A DNA stretch of 64,000 nt, from contig OY761556.1 of the NCBI GenBank assembly GCA_963664705.1, forward strand, positions 5,088,001-5,152,000. Reading direction: 5' to 3'. The DNA is from Acidobacteriota bacterium. Lineage in GTDB: Bacteria > Acidobacteriota > UBA6911. The notes beneath the pieces were generated by a model. It saw only the letters and a list, made by a program, of their open reading frames with translations. It made no database searches and had not been told where the DNA came from. Below are positions 10,923-23,700 of the stretch, piece after piece (position 1 is the stretch's first letter; each line of letters starts with the position of its first letter). Made by a program: the position numbers and the translations under genes.

Positions 10923-11651
10923 TCAGTAACGAAAAATGATGGCACTGGCCGCACCCATGGCGCCACCGATCAATGGAGCAGCAATTGGGATCAGCGCATA
11001 GCCCCAATCCGACTTGCCCTTTCCGGCAATCGGCAAAACGAAGTGTGCCAGGCGGGGACCAAAATCGCGTGCAGGGTTCATGGCATATCCGGTTGGACCG
11101 CCAAGAGAAAGGCCTAAAGCCCAAACCAACAGTCCCCAAAGATATGGAGCAAAGCCGGGCGGAAGCCCATTCGGAGCGACTGCCGAAGCGGTAAAGGCAA
11201 ATCCTACGCCGACAAGAGTGGTCGTGGCAATGACTTCTGTCATGGCATTAGCGGGAAGCCTCCGAATAGCAGGCGCAGTGCAAAAAATTCCAAGTTTTGC
11301 TGCCTGGTCAGGGGTTTCTTTCCAGTGCATCAGAAATGCGAGCCAGACCAGCACAGCGCCAACGAAAGCCCCCAGGATCTGTGCTATCCAGAAGGGAACA
11401 ACATTCGCCCAGTTGTGTGATGTGATGGCCATAGCCAGAGTGACTGCCGGATTAATATGTGCGCCGGGGCTTCCACACGCGATAGCCGTAAAAATCCCTG
11501 CAGTGACTCCCAGGCCCCACCCCGTTGCGATGACAATCCAGCCTGCCCCCTCAGCCTTTGATTTTTTCAGCAAAACATTAGCCACGACTCCATCACCAAA
11601 CAGAATCAACACCATGGTCCCCATGAATTCGCCGAATAGTGGTCCGTGCAT
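10923..11651 (-). CDS. glpF: Glycerol uptake facilitator (MIP family)
   Basis: Two NPA motifs (HINPAVT, AMNPARDFGPR), GEFMGT, and position upstream of glpD/glpK. Confidence 0.95.
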   Translation of the reverse strand: MHGPLFGEFMGTMVLILFGDGVVANVLLKKSKAEGAGWIVIATGWGLGVTAGIFTAIACGSPGAHINPAVTLAMAITSHNWANVVPFWIAQILGAFVGAVLVWLAFLMHWKETPDQAAKLGIFCTAPAIRRLPANAMTEVIATTTLVGVGFAFTASAVAPNGLPPGFAPYLWGLLVWALGLSLGGPTGYAMNPARDFGPRLAHFVLPIAGKGKSDWGYALIPIAAPLIGGAMGAASAIIFRY

Positions 11652-12035
11652 AGTGATCTCATCCCCTGGTTATATTGCTGTAAACGATGTTCGGCGGATT
11701 GCCATACAGAAGGCAGCCCGTCTCGTTGCCGATTTTGCAGTGGCGATCAGTGCTTCCATATTTTGGACAGTCACAATATTGATGTGTTGCTTTTCAAGCA
11801 ATTCGCGCCATTGCAGGCTGGCGGTTCGCGACCTGGACGAGGGGCAAAAGGTCATGGCATTCGTTTCTCCAAAATGGCCTGGTATCGTCAGCAAGAGTCT
11901 GCGAATTCCCTCAATTTTCTGCAGTCCGCAATCATCCCCGAGTCCGTCAGAAGCCGAGATCTCAAATATCTGATAATCGTTTTTACATTGTCAATCGATT
12001 TGTCACTGATTTGTGACACTAAATTGGCCAGAAGT

Positions 12036-13611
<1,576 letters not shown>

Positions 13612-13688
13612 TTCGCTATCGCTGCGCGAAACATCTGGCTGAGTGCACGGATTTCTATTCGACTAGATCCGTGCACTCGGGAGCCGGC

Positions 13689-14606
13689 CTACTTGAAGTT
13701 CTTCACATCCATCTTCCATAGACTGTTCTTACAGAAGCCGCAGCCCTCACCTACGAACATTCTTTTAGCGGCTTGGTCTCCCTTGAGTTGCCATTTCAAC
13801 CAGGCAACGGCCGCCTTGCTGAACTCACCGCCGTTCTCCTGCCGATATGTGCCGCCGTGACCGACGTCGTGGTTTAGCAGGAAAACCGGAACGTTCTCGA
13901 TGCGTTTAAAGTCATCCGTTGCGTTCGGGTACGCAATATCCGATGAGCCGCCGATTAAATAAAGCATGGGTAGATGCATTTTCTGGAGTATATCCTTGCT
14001 GGGATTTGAAGGCATCGGTGGCGCACCCGCGGAAGTATTGAGCACTCCGCTGTTGCAGATCATCGCCGTGGTGACGCGCGGATCGACGGATGCCTCGATG
14101 GCCTGCAGCCCTCCGCAGGACTGGCCGGCAACGGCCACCTTGGATAGATCCAGCTTTCCCTTGTACTTTCCATTCTGAAGAGAATTTTGTGCCGTTGCCC
14201 AGTCAATGGCCTGCAGCATTTGTTGCGTGCTGGTCTGGCCCTGTTGGGGAGGCGTGGTGCCAATCGCAATTACAAGGAATCCGTGAGAAGCAATCTCGGC
14301 CAGGAATGGTTCAAAACCCCTCGGCGAATTTGCGCAGCCGCCATTCGCCCATGCGATCACCGGCAGGCGAATACTTCCCAGGGTTTCCAATTTCTCGGGC
14401 CGGAAGATGGTGTGGGTCGGCAATCCCGGATCCACTTCTGAAATTGCGGCAAACGGCCCTGTGCCCGGCCCCGTTGGCGCGATCGGGGGCATCTGGCCCA
14501 TCCCAGCCGGCAAACTCTTCCCCGGCGTCTGTGCCAAAACTTGAATCGTCAGGGTACTGAGTACGGCACATATCACGACAGCGAAAAACATTTTGTTAAA
14601 AGACAT
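13689..14606 (-). CDS. Secreted alpha/beta hydrolase (chlorophyllase/cutinase-like fold)
   Basis: Signal peptide, WANGGC, ASHGFLVIA, GQSCGG, GHGGT. Confidence 0.8.
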   Translation of the reverse strand: MSFNKMFFAVVICAVLSTLTIQVLAQTPGKSLPAGMGQMPPIAPTGPGTGPFAAISEVDPGLPTHTIFRPEKLETLGSIRLPVIAWANGGCANSPRGFEPFLAEIASHGFLVIAIGTTPPQQGQTSTQQMLQAIDWATAQNSLQNGKYKGKLDLSKVAVAGQSCGGLQAIEASVDPRVTTAMICNSGVLNTSAGAPPMPSNPSKDILQKMHLPMLYLIGGSSDIAYPNATDDFKRIENVPVFLLNHDVGHGGTYRQENGGEFSKAAVAWLKWQLKGDQAAKRMFVGEGCGFCKNSLWKMDVKNFK

Positions 14607-15665
14607 ATTGTCTCCTCGTTGTATTACCGCAAGCAGAACGCATGGAAAAAATCATCTCAACATAAAATACCGTTCAACCTCAAAACGTCAATATCGGCTT
14701 TTGTCATAGGAACCCGAACCCGGTAAGTTGTTTGTTATTATTGCTGAATTTTCATGATTTCGGATACAGCGGTCCGGCTTCCTGTCAAAACCAGAGCATC
14801 CTCACTGATCTAAATTACTGCAGTAAACGGGCAGGACTTAATCTATATCCAGTCCTTTGCTACTTTGGGCCTCAAGTACCCTCAGTGTCATTTCTAGGTA
14901 TTTGACATCGTCTATTAGGGGAAGACTGTCGGGATTTAGTCGACATGCTTCCCAGCGCTGGCAATATAAAAACCTCACGCGGGGATGAGGGAGCTATGAA
15001 AGCATAGCAGAAAATCTATTTAGTCGTTCTCCAGCTACAGGACCAGGAACAATCTGAAGAGAAGAACAATTTTACATAAACTTACACTTGCAAGAGCATC
15101 AAGATGATTTTCTTTCTCGCGAGCGGATCGACTGAAGGCCCAAGCGCACTCCTCCAATAACCTCAAACAAATTGCTGGCCCTGGGGTTACCCTTTGGCCC
15201 AAACATACGCATCAAGCTCTTTGCCGGCTTGCGCGTGAGATTGCTCAGTGTTTCGAAACCCATAGTGGCATTTATATAATCACACAGAATTGTTTTGCCT
15301 GTTTCCAGGTCGCCGGAGATGAACCTATCTCCGGTATATTCTGAAACCTGTCAGGATGCTCCCAGGATCCATCCCGGACACATCGGCAAGACACTGGCCA
15401 CAAATAAATCCCATGCCCTGCCCCCGACAGGTGTAGAATTTGTTGTTTCAACTCCGTATGGGAGGAGTAATCGGCATTCATGAAGCCGCACGATTGAACG
15501 TGCGATCCTTTCCTGTTCTCCAATTGCTTCCAGCCATCTAGAGCGCCTTATCCATATATCCCGCTGCCGTGTGCCTTAGGCTGCAGCACAGTAGTTTCAT
15601 CGAAAGAACTGAAGAACCGGCCGTACACACCTAGGCGACAATTAAAGTCGTACTGCGGAGCTTTA

Positions 15666-17252
15666 ATGAACATTTTGCTCTATAACCCCGATAATGAAGT
15701 AACCAACAACTTCATGCCCCACCTCTGGATGTTCCTCCTTCAATCCCTTACGCCCGAAGGGCACAAGATCTTTCTCGTGGACGGCAACACTTTGCGCTTG
15801 AACGAGACCGAACTGGTTCAGTATGTCCGGGAGAAGAACATCGGTCTGGTTGGGATCGGAGCTATGACTCGCATGATCCGGAAAGCCTACCAGATGGCGG
15901 ACGCGGTGCGTGCCGCCGGCGTTCCGGTTGTAATGGGAGGTCCGCATGTGACGGAACTGCCCGGCGAGGCGCTGGGACACGATGGCGGACCCCGCCATGC
16001 AAACTCTGTGGTCTTGGGCGAAGCGGACCAGATCTGGCCAATGGTCGTTGCGGACGCCGAGCGCGGCATGCTGCAGGAAGTATACTCCGCAGTGGATGCG
16101 GACGGGGTTGTTGTCAAGCCAAGCCTGGACAATTATCCCGTGATTCCGTGGGACCGGATGGAGTTGAGCCAATTCAATCTAATCCGACACTTCCCTAAAT
16201 GGGCGCGATGGATACTATCGTATGTCGGGATGAGCTGGCAGACCTTTCACCTATTTCCAATTGAAACCGGACGAGGCTGCCCCTATGGATGCGAATTCTG
16301 CACCGTGACCGGATTTTTCGGTGATTCGATTCGCTTCCGCTCAAACGAAAGTGTCGTCGATGAACTCTTGAGGTTGAAGTCTCTGGAGAAGCGGGAAAAA
16401 GGTAAAATCGCCGTCTTTTTGATCGACGACAATTTTGCCATCAACCCGACCCGCACCAAGTCTTTGCTGAGGGAGATCATCGCCCGAAAAGCACAGGTTC
16501 CATGGGTGGGGCAGATCAGCATTAACCTGCTGCGGGATCAAGAACTGGTTTCTCTAATCGCACAGAGCGGCGGCAAGTGGATCTTCATGGGTCTGGAGTC
16601 GATCGACCCGGCAAACCTCAAGAGCATGGGGAAAGGATTCAACAAGCCGGAAGAATACAGGGAAATTCTCGAGAACCTTGCGCATCACGGCGTGTACGCA
16701 ATTACATCATTTATTTTTGGCACCGACGGCGACAGTCCCGGCGTGGCCAAGCGCACCCTGAGCAAAATTCTATCCTGGCCCCCGGGGCTGCCTGTGTTCG
16801 GCTTGCTGACCCCTTACCCAGCGACTCCGCTATATGAGCGGCTCGCCTCGGCCGGCCGGCTCACTCGACCAAAGCATTGGCTCGAGTTCAAGCCATTCAG
16901 CATGGGGTTTTCGCCCTCGATCATTTCCGCAGAGAATGCTGAAGCAGAAGTGCGCGAGGCATGGCAATCCTCTTACACCGCGGCGGCCAATACTGCCGCC
17001 ATGCGGGGTCTTAAATCGCGGCCTTTTGCAGACCGCGTGGTCCATATGCTCTCACGTCTTGCATTCCGCGGAATCTATTTTCCCCAGATGCGCCGGAGGG
17101 ACTGGATAATGATTCTCTTCAAGAATAGGGGTTCTATCCTCAGGCTGATTGTGCAGGCTGTGAAGATGAAGCTAAAGCCTCGGAGAGAGCGGCCGTTCAT
17201 CGAAGTTCCATTTGACGGACTCATCGACAACGCCAATGCTGGCGACCTTTGA
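15666..17252 (+). CDS. B12-binding radical SAM protein
   Basis: VVMGGPH, VVLGEA, RGCPYGCEFC (CxxxCxxC), IDDNF, MGLES. Confidence 0.9.
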   Translation: MNILLYNPDNEVTNNFMPHLWMFLLQSLTPEGHKIFLVDGNTLRLNETELVQYVREKNIGLVGIGAMTRMIRKAYQMADAVRAAGVPVVMGGPHVTELPGEALGHDGGPRHANSVVLGEADQIWPMVVADAERGMLQEVYSAVDADGVVVKPSLDNYPVIPWDRMELSQFNLIRHFPKWARWILSYVGMSWQTFHLFPIETGRGCPYGCEFCTVTGFFGDSIRFRSNESVVDELLRLKSLEKREKGKIAVFLIDDNFAINPTRTKSLLREIIARKAQVPWVGQISINLLRDQELVSLIAQSGGKWIFMGLESIDPANLKSMGKGFNKPEEYREILENLAHHGVYAITSFIFGTDGDSPGVAKRTLSKILSWPPGLPVFGLLTPYPATPLYERLASAGRLTRPKHWLEFKPFSMGFSPSIISAENAEAEVREAWQSSYTAAANTAAMRGLKSRPFADRVVHMLSRLAFRGIYFPQMRRRDWIMILFKNRGSILRLIVQAVKMKLKPRRERPFIEVPFDGLIDNANAGDL

Positions 17253-17303
17253 AGATAAAAAACGCTGTACGCGGGCACCTGCTGTAAATTCTTCATTTTC
17301 TAA

Positions 17304-17360
17304 TGCCGGGGATGGGAATCGAAACCACACGAGCCTTGCGGCCGCCAGGATATTAAGTCC
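17304..17360 (-). repeat. 3'-half tRNA-Leu(UAA) fragment, att-like copy 1 (most diverged)
   Basis: TGCCGGGGATGGGAATCGAAACCACACGAGCCTTGCGGCCGCCAGGATATTAAGTCC aligns with four other copies. Confidence 0.85.
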
Positions 17361-17550
17361 TTTTCAGATGTCCTGAAAATCGAGACCATCCCCTATAACT
17401 GCGTACTGTCTGCGACTTAGAGTGTCTCTTGCACTCCTCCCGCTTTCCGGAGGTGTCCAATTACTGATGACTTGCGGACCGGAGACCAACTATCCTCCAC
17501 GCAAAAGAAACCCAAATAGCCGATTGGGAAATCGAAGTAATTGCAATCAG

Positions 17551-18834
17551 CTATTCAATTATTGCGCAATCCAATTTTGGAGCCAGGTAATGAAATATCA
17601 GTAGGGCAAGGATGTAGGCAGATCCCGCGATCATAAAGACGGGCAGATACGACCCGGTCCACTCAAGCACATAGCCAACAATCTTTGCGATTAGGCCGCC
17701 ACCGATAGCACCCGCCATCCCTCCGATCCCAACGACCGTACCTACGGCCTGGGTCGGGAACATATCCGAAGCCGTGGTGAAAACATTAGCCATCCAACCT
17801 TGATGCGCGGCTGTCGCAATGCCCAACAGCACTGCTGCCGCATAGATATTGGGTGTTTTGGCAACAAAAACAACCGGCACGACAGCAACGGCGCAGGCAA
17901 GCATAGAAAATTTGCGGCTGCCGTTCACAGTCCATCCGCGCCTGAGAAGCGCAGAGGACAGCCAACCACCCACAACACTTCCAATGTCGGCCATCCCATA
18001 GATGATCAGCAAGGGCAACAGCATCCCCAACAGATTCACGTGAAAACTGCGGTTTAGAAAATCCGGGATCCAGAAGAGATATAGCCACCAGATCGGATCT
18101 GTCATGAATTTGCAGACCATAAAAGCCCAAAGCTGCCTATACCTTATCAACTGGCGCCACTTCATTCGGCTTGGCGGATCTGCAGGATCGCTCCGTATAT
18201 AAGCAATTTCCTGTTCCGTAACTTTTTTGTGGCGATCGGGATGCTCATACAGCAGGAGCCAGGCAATGAGCCAGGCAAAACCGATCGATCCGGTTGCAAT
18301 AAAGGCACCTCGCCATCCGAACCGATGAGTGAGCCATGGAATCACAAGAGGCGTAGCGATTGCTCCCACATTTGTGCCTGCATTAAAAATTCCAGTTGCC
18401 AATGCTCTCTGTTTCTTAGGGAACCATTCGGCAATGGCTTTGATGGAAGCAGGAAAGCTTCCTGACTCGCCTATACCGAGCGAGAAGCGCGCGGCTGCAA
18501 AACCCATGATGGTTCGCGGTATCGAGTGGCATATGGCGGCGACACTCCAGATAAATACTGCGATCGAGAATCCTTTTCGCGTGCCGAGCCAGTCCATAAT
18601 GCGGCCGACCACAAGCAGTCCAATCGCATAAGCCAGCTGAAAAGCAAAAATGATGTTACTGTAATCGATTTCACTCCAGCCTAATTCCAACTGCAGCGTC
18701 GGCTTGAGCAGCCCTATTACCTGTCTGTCGACATAATTGACCGTGGCTGCAAAAAACAATAACGCACAAACTCCCCATCGATAGTTGCCTGCAGCCGCAA
18801 GAGGTTGAGATTTCGTTGCAGTCTGGGTTGCCAT
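17551..18834 (-). CDS. MFS transporter, ExuT/hexuronate (ACS) family
   Basis: NYVDRQ, EWFPKKQRALATGIFNAG, DPIWWLYLFW, AHQGW. Confidence 0.85.
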   Translation of the reverse strand: MATQTATKSQPLAAAGNYRWGVCALLFFAATVNYVDRQVIGLLKPTLQLELGWSEIDYSNIIFAFQLAYAIGLLVVGRIMDWLGTRKGFSIAVFIWSVAAICHSIPRTIMGFAAARFSLGIGESGSFPASIKAIAEWFPKKQRALATGIFNAGTNVGAIATPLVIPWLTHRFGWRGAFIATGSIGFAWLIAWLLLYEHPDRHKKVTEQEIAYIRSDPADPPSRMKWRQLIRYRQLWAFMVCKFMTDPIWWLYLFWIPDFLNRSFHVNLLGMLLPLLIIYGMADIGSVVGGWLSSALLRRGWTVNGSRKFSMLACAVAVVPVVFVAKTPNIYAAAVLLGIATAAHQGWMANVFTTASDMFPTQAVGTVVGIGGMAGAIGGGLIAKIVGYVLEWTGSYLPVFMIAGSAYILALLIFHYLAPKLDCAIIE

Positions 18835-19007
18835 GAAATTCCTTTATGCTGGCAAAGACGTCATCGCCAGGGATTTGCCGCGCCACTCCCTATGGGAGTC
18901 ACTGCGCTGGATGTCTGGTCGCGGGATCAGGTTGTAAGGAGTCGGTACTCGTCGATCGGGAACCTTCCGACAGGCGCAGAAGGTTCCCGAACATTTAGCG
19001 CGTTGAG

Positions 19008-20657
19008 CTATTTAACCTTCTTGCCTGCGGGTGAGGTGCAAACAAAATTAGCAGCATCGTCCGTGCTTCCTGCGCCCTTGTACTTCGAAATCTGAGGGTA
19101 CGGACACAACGGGCGTGTACGATCAACCTGACCAGCAGTTGAATGGGAAGCGATAATCCGGCCGGGCGCTTGCCCCTTTTCCACCCACTGTTCCAATGAT
19201 CCCAATGTATCCATGGTATTGGGCCCGGGACCGCCGCTGCAGTGCGCCATTCCGGGAGCCATGAAGAGCCGCACAAAATCATCCGCCTTTTTCGCTCCCC
19301 CCATGGCCTTCTGGACGCTTTCAAAATACTGAATGGTATTTCTCGGTGAAATATTCTGATCCAACCACCCGTGATACAGAATTAGTTTGCCTCCCCGTTT
19401 TTCGAAAGGAGTGAGGTCCGGATTCGTAGAGTCCAAGATAGGTCCGAGTTTCCTGGATGCATCATTCATGAATACAAAACTCTTTGGATCGGAGAATGAA
19501 AATTTCTTCCAATCCCAATTCAGGTCTTTCAGCAGCATGAATTTAAAATAGGAAACTGGTGTATTGAAGGGAACGTTAATGTGACCCGGCCATTGAGTTT
19601 CACTGCTCTTTTCATATCCGTACCAGAAACCTTTTCCGGTTGCAGGGTCCTTTGCTCCTTCATAGATTTTTCGTACTGAATCTACTTGAGCCGCAGTCAG
19701 GCAGTTTAGGCCGTCTGCCCCGGAACACTGGATCCTGGCCGGATCGAACATGCACTGCCTGGGATCATCTATTACACCGTCTTTGAGGCCATCTAATTCA
19801 TCGCATGCCTCAATGGCAGCCTTCGTTATCAGTGGCAGTTTTTCATTCGGGATGCGGCTGGCTTCATCCCTGTGTGTTACCCATGCCGCGTAGAGTTCTC
19901 CCGGCCAGAGGTGTGTCGGGAAATTTGCAGGTGCGCCGGCAACTATGCCGTTGTAATCCGTAGGATAGCGTTGGGCTTCCGACAGCGCCTGCCCACCACC
20001 TCCCGAGCAACCTGTGAAATACGAATATTGCGGATCCTGATTGTAATACGCCTTGATTATTGCCTTTGCCGCGACTGCCGTCATGTGAATCGAGCGTGAC
20101 GCGAAATCAATGCGCAGGTTCTCATCGAGAGCCCAGGAGTCATCACCCATTTTGTCCACATGACCCGTATCCGTGCTCGCCGTGGCGTAGCCTCTTGCCA
20201 GTGCCTGCATCATGCCGTCATAGGCGATGAATCCTGCCAGTCCACCGTTACCGACTCCATTGAATTTTCCATTCCATTTCTTTTCACCGGAAGTCGCCGG
20301 CAGCCAAACCTCGAATTGGATTGAAGGCTGCACAACGCCGGCCACACGGCAAAAAGCGGGCAGGGTCTTTGCCATTCCCATTGGTCCCATGCCGATGTCT
20401 GGTTTTGCACCTCGGCCTGCATCAGGCGGTCCGCCAAAGGGCGGCTGTCCACCACCCAAAGCGATCCCTCCCCTGCCCGGGGGAGCAAACTCACCTGTCC
20501 CGGTCCAATGAGCAGAGGTGATGGTTGTCTCTGGAATTTTGAGAGTCTTTAAATTTTCGCAGGATCCACTGGCGGACGACTGAGCATACACCGTAGATCC
20601 TGATAAAGCCAATGCAAGGCTCAAGCCTGCGGCAAAAAACAAAATAGGGATTTTCAT
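19008..20657 (-). CDS. Tannase/feruloyl esterase family hydrolase
   Basis: Signal peptide, GNGG, STDTGH, GCSGGG, YHGWLD, PGMAHC, RPLCPYP. Confidence 0.92.
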   Translation of the reverse strand: MKIPILFFAAGLSLALALSGSTVYAQSSASGSCENLKTLKIPETTITSAHWTGTGEFAPPGRGGIALGGGQPPFGGPPDAGRGAKPDIGMGPMGMAKTLPAFCRVAGVVQPSIQFEVWLPATSGEKKWNGKFNGVGNGGLAGFIAYDGMMQALARGYATASTDTGHVDKMGDDSWALDENLRIDFASRSIHMTAVAAKAIIKAYYNQDPQYSYFTGCSGGGGQALSEAQRYPTDYNGIVAGAPANFPTHLWPGELYAAWVTHRDEASRIPNEKLPLITKAAIEACDELDGLKDGVIDDPRQCMFDPARIQCSGADGLNCLTAAQVDSVRKIYEGAKDPATGKGFWYGYEKSSETQWPGHINVPFNTPVSYFKFMLLKDLNWDWKKFSFSDPKSFVFMNDASRKLGPILDSTNPDLTPFEKRGGKLILYHGWLDQNISPRNTIQYFESVQKAMGGAKKADDFVRLFMAPGMAHCSGGPGPNTMDTLGSLEQWVEKGQAPGRIIASHSTAGQVDRTRPLCPYPQISKYKGAGSTDDAANFVCTSPAGKKVK

Positions 20658-20673
20658 ATTATTTCCTTTTGGA

Positions 20674-20703
20674 AAAACGCGCCGGTTCGTCCCGGCGCGT
20701 TTT
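20674..20703 (-). terminator. GC-rich hairpin after the TonB receptor
   Basis: AAAACGCGCCGG-N6-CCGGCGCGTTTT with a T-run on the minus strand. Confidence 0.65.
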
Positions 20704-20717
20704 GTTCCAGGCTTAAG

Positions 20718-23700
20718 CTAGTAATGCAACCGCAATGCGAATTGCAGAATTCGCGGCCGATTGGCCTGACTCGTGATGATTCCAAACGTTGTCCCGTTTC
20801 TATCCGTTGATGGAGCTGCGAATTGCACTCTGTTGAACAAATTGAAGGCTTCCATGCGGAACTCGACGTTTACATCTTCCTTGATGTGAGTCTTCTTGAA
20901 GATCGCCAGGTCCCAATTGTTAATTCCAGCTGCTTTCAGCTTTGGATCAACTCGGGCTTCATTCCCGAATTCCCATTGTCCTGAGGTTGCGAAGCATTTT
21001 GTGTTAAACCAGCCGTTCAGCCTTGATTGTGCTGACCCTGAAAGCTCCGCATTGCAATTGGCAATGACATTGGGGCGTTTTGCGCCTCCGCCGAAATAGT
21101 AAGCAACGGCGCCATCGGCGCCGGAATTGACAGATTGACTGAAATTCAGAGGGAAACCGGATTGGAACGTCGTTTGACCATTGAAGCCCCACCCTGATAT
21201 CAACTTGTCCGCTGCACCTTTAGCTCCGCCAAGGAATTTTTTCCCATGGCCAAACGGAAGGTCATAGATATAGCTTACCTGGAGGCGGTGTGGAACATTG
21301 AAACTCGCAAGAGAACGATCCGCCCTTCGATCATAAGCATTCTGCCCGCCGCTGCCAACTCCACCGTTGTCTTCGAGGAACCCGTTCAAGGTATCGGTAT
21401 CCGAAATCAGCTTGGCCCAGGTGTACGAGCCCATGATCGTCCCGCCGGACTTGAATCGTTTCTCCAGCTTGATCTGCATTGAATTGTAGCTGGAGCTGCC
21501 CATGTAGGGTGCGTTCATGGACACGCCTGCATTTCCCTGAAGAGGCGCACCAGTGAAATCCAGGCCTCCGAAACCCCATTGCGGATATGGGCGCTGAAGC
21601 TGACCGATCATAATTGTCTTGGATAACCCCAGCACCCCTGTGTTTGCTTGCCCGAAGAATGGATTAGCCACCATGTGCATCGGACCCTCTCCCGGATAGG
21701 CAGTCAAATCTGCTTTAACGATATCGGGAGAGAGTTGGTTGAGGGCTAAGCCTTGCGAGGCGGACAGAGCATTGATACTGCCGCTTTGCACAGGCAGATG
21801 CGTCCCCTTGGATCCGGCATAACTGGCTTCCAGCATCAAACCATTGCCAAACTCGTGTCCGATAGTGAAGTTCCACTGCTGTGCAACCGGATATTTCTGG
21901 TCCGGCATAACTCCATTGATGCTTGTTCCCGCAAGCCCGGCCATGAAATTGTCGTTGTGTCCTGCCGGCTGGAGAATTCCGTTTGGCCAGGGGTTGGTAA
22001 CGTCACCGGACCATTGGTTCGTGGTCGCATGCATAACAGGCGAATCGATTCCCTGCAGATCGCTCGGAAGATAAGAGATTCCCGCGCCCATCCGGATGAC
22101 AGTTTTGTCTGTCAGGCGGTATGCAAGGCCGATCCTCGGAGAAAACAGCGCCCAGTGAAGCTTGTTCTGTTGTCGGTCCGGGTATGCGGTCGAATTCGTC
22201 AACAGAAGCTGACCTTTTAGAGAGGTAAAGTATGCATTGGATGCAAACCTGGTAAGGCTGTCGGCGGCATTGGGGTCCAAGACCGTATTTCGATCGTGCA
22301 TTTCCGTGAAAGAGCCGGGCTGCTCCCAACGCAGGCCCAAGTTCAGCGTCAACTTCTTGCTCACCTGCCAGGTATCTGCGGCATACATTGCGTAATACCA
22401 GGAACGGGCACCCGTGGTCAGAGCGGTTTGAATGGCACCGGCAACCGGCTGGCCAAAGATAATGTTGGTATATGGATCAAAAGTTGGCGGGCTTGGAACA
22501 TAAGTGAATTGCCCGGAAGCATTATTATCGGCAAAACTGCGACGGTAAGCCTGGCGCAGTTCTCCTCCGAACTTCAGCGTGTGGCTACGCAGAGTTTTTG
22601 TTAAGCCTCCAGAGCCGCCAATGTGGTCTTCCCAGGTCGTGCTGGAAACATTCTGGAACAGAAAGAAGATGGGTCCTCCAAAAGGAGGAGGAACGATCGG
22701 CGTGGGGTTGTAGACCACAGACATTTGAGAGCCTAACGCCGCCCATGCAGAGCCATATTTCGACAAATCCTCCTTACCGGTTCGTGGGGACATGGAATCA
22801 AATCGGAAATAGGTGAAATATATTCGACCGTCAAGGATCGTAGTGGGGTTCAATGTATACGTGTCGCCAATGACAGCCTGCTGCGTGGTGTGGTTTTCAC
22901 CCGGCTTGCCATATCCGTTTTGAAAGTAATCCGTGGACATCGTGTCCCCGCTCCACCAGGTGTAACGCACAAACAGGTGTTGTTTCTCGCTGATATTCTG
23001 GTCCAGGCGAGCGCTTGCCTGATTGCCGTTGGATCCTGAGGGGCCATTAGCCGAGAAGTTGAACCCGGTCACGGGATCTGCAGGAATGTTGGGCAACGCG
23101 TACATGCTGTAGAATGCTTTTGCTGTCTGGCTGCAATTTTTGTCGCATAGAGCTCGCATTTCCAAAGTGGGGACGCGGGCATAAACCGGATCTCCCAACC
23201 GAAGCTTGAATCCTTCCCAGCTGGCGTAGAAAAAGGTTTTGTCTTTTTTGACCGGTCCGCCCAACGATGCTCCGTACTGATTTTGGTTCCACTGAGGGCG
23301 CGCAGTCCCGTTCTTGTTATCGAAAAAGTTGTTGGCGTTGAATACTTTATTGCGCAGAAACTCGTACGCAGTCCCGTGAAATCTATTTTCGCCCGATTTC
23401 GTTGCCATGCTGACAACACCGCCGGCGAATCGGCCAAACTCCGGACTGACGTTGCTGGTCGAAACCCGGAATTCCTGGACTGCATCCTGCGTCGGCACCA
23501 GAACGATTCCATTGTTCAAGCTGACGTTCATCGGCACGCCATCAAGGAATTGAGCACTTTGACCCGCCGCTCCGCCCCCTATCTGGTAATTTCCCCAACC
23601 CGCTGGGTTGCTGTACGTGGATCCGTGCTGGTTGCCGAGTGCGCTGCCACTTGATGAGCCTTGCGGAATGACCCCAGGAGTCAAGGCGATCAGGTTCATC

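Noticed and set aside
11670-11950. Decayed DeoR/GlpR regulator upstream of glpF
   Set aside because: Only faint, frame-broken resemblance; cannot be supported by eye
11014-11973. Long antisense ORFs (also 47323-48605, 49953-50678, 62017-62712)
   Set aside because: Shadow frames opposite well-supported genes in GC-rich DNA, with no recognisable motifs
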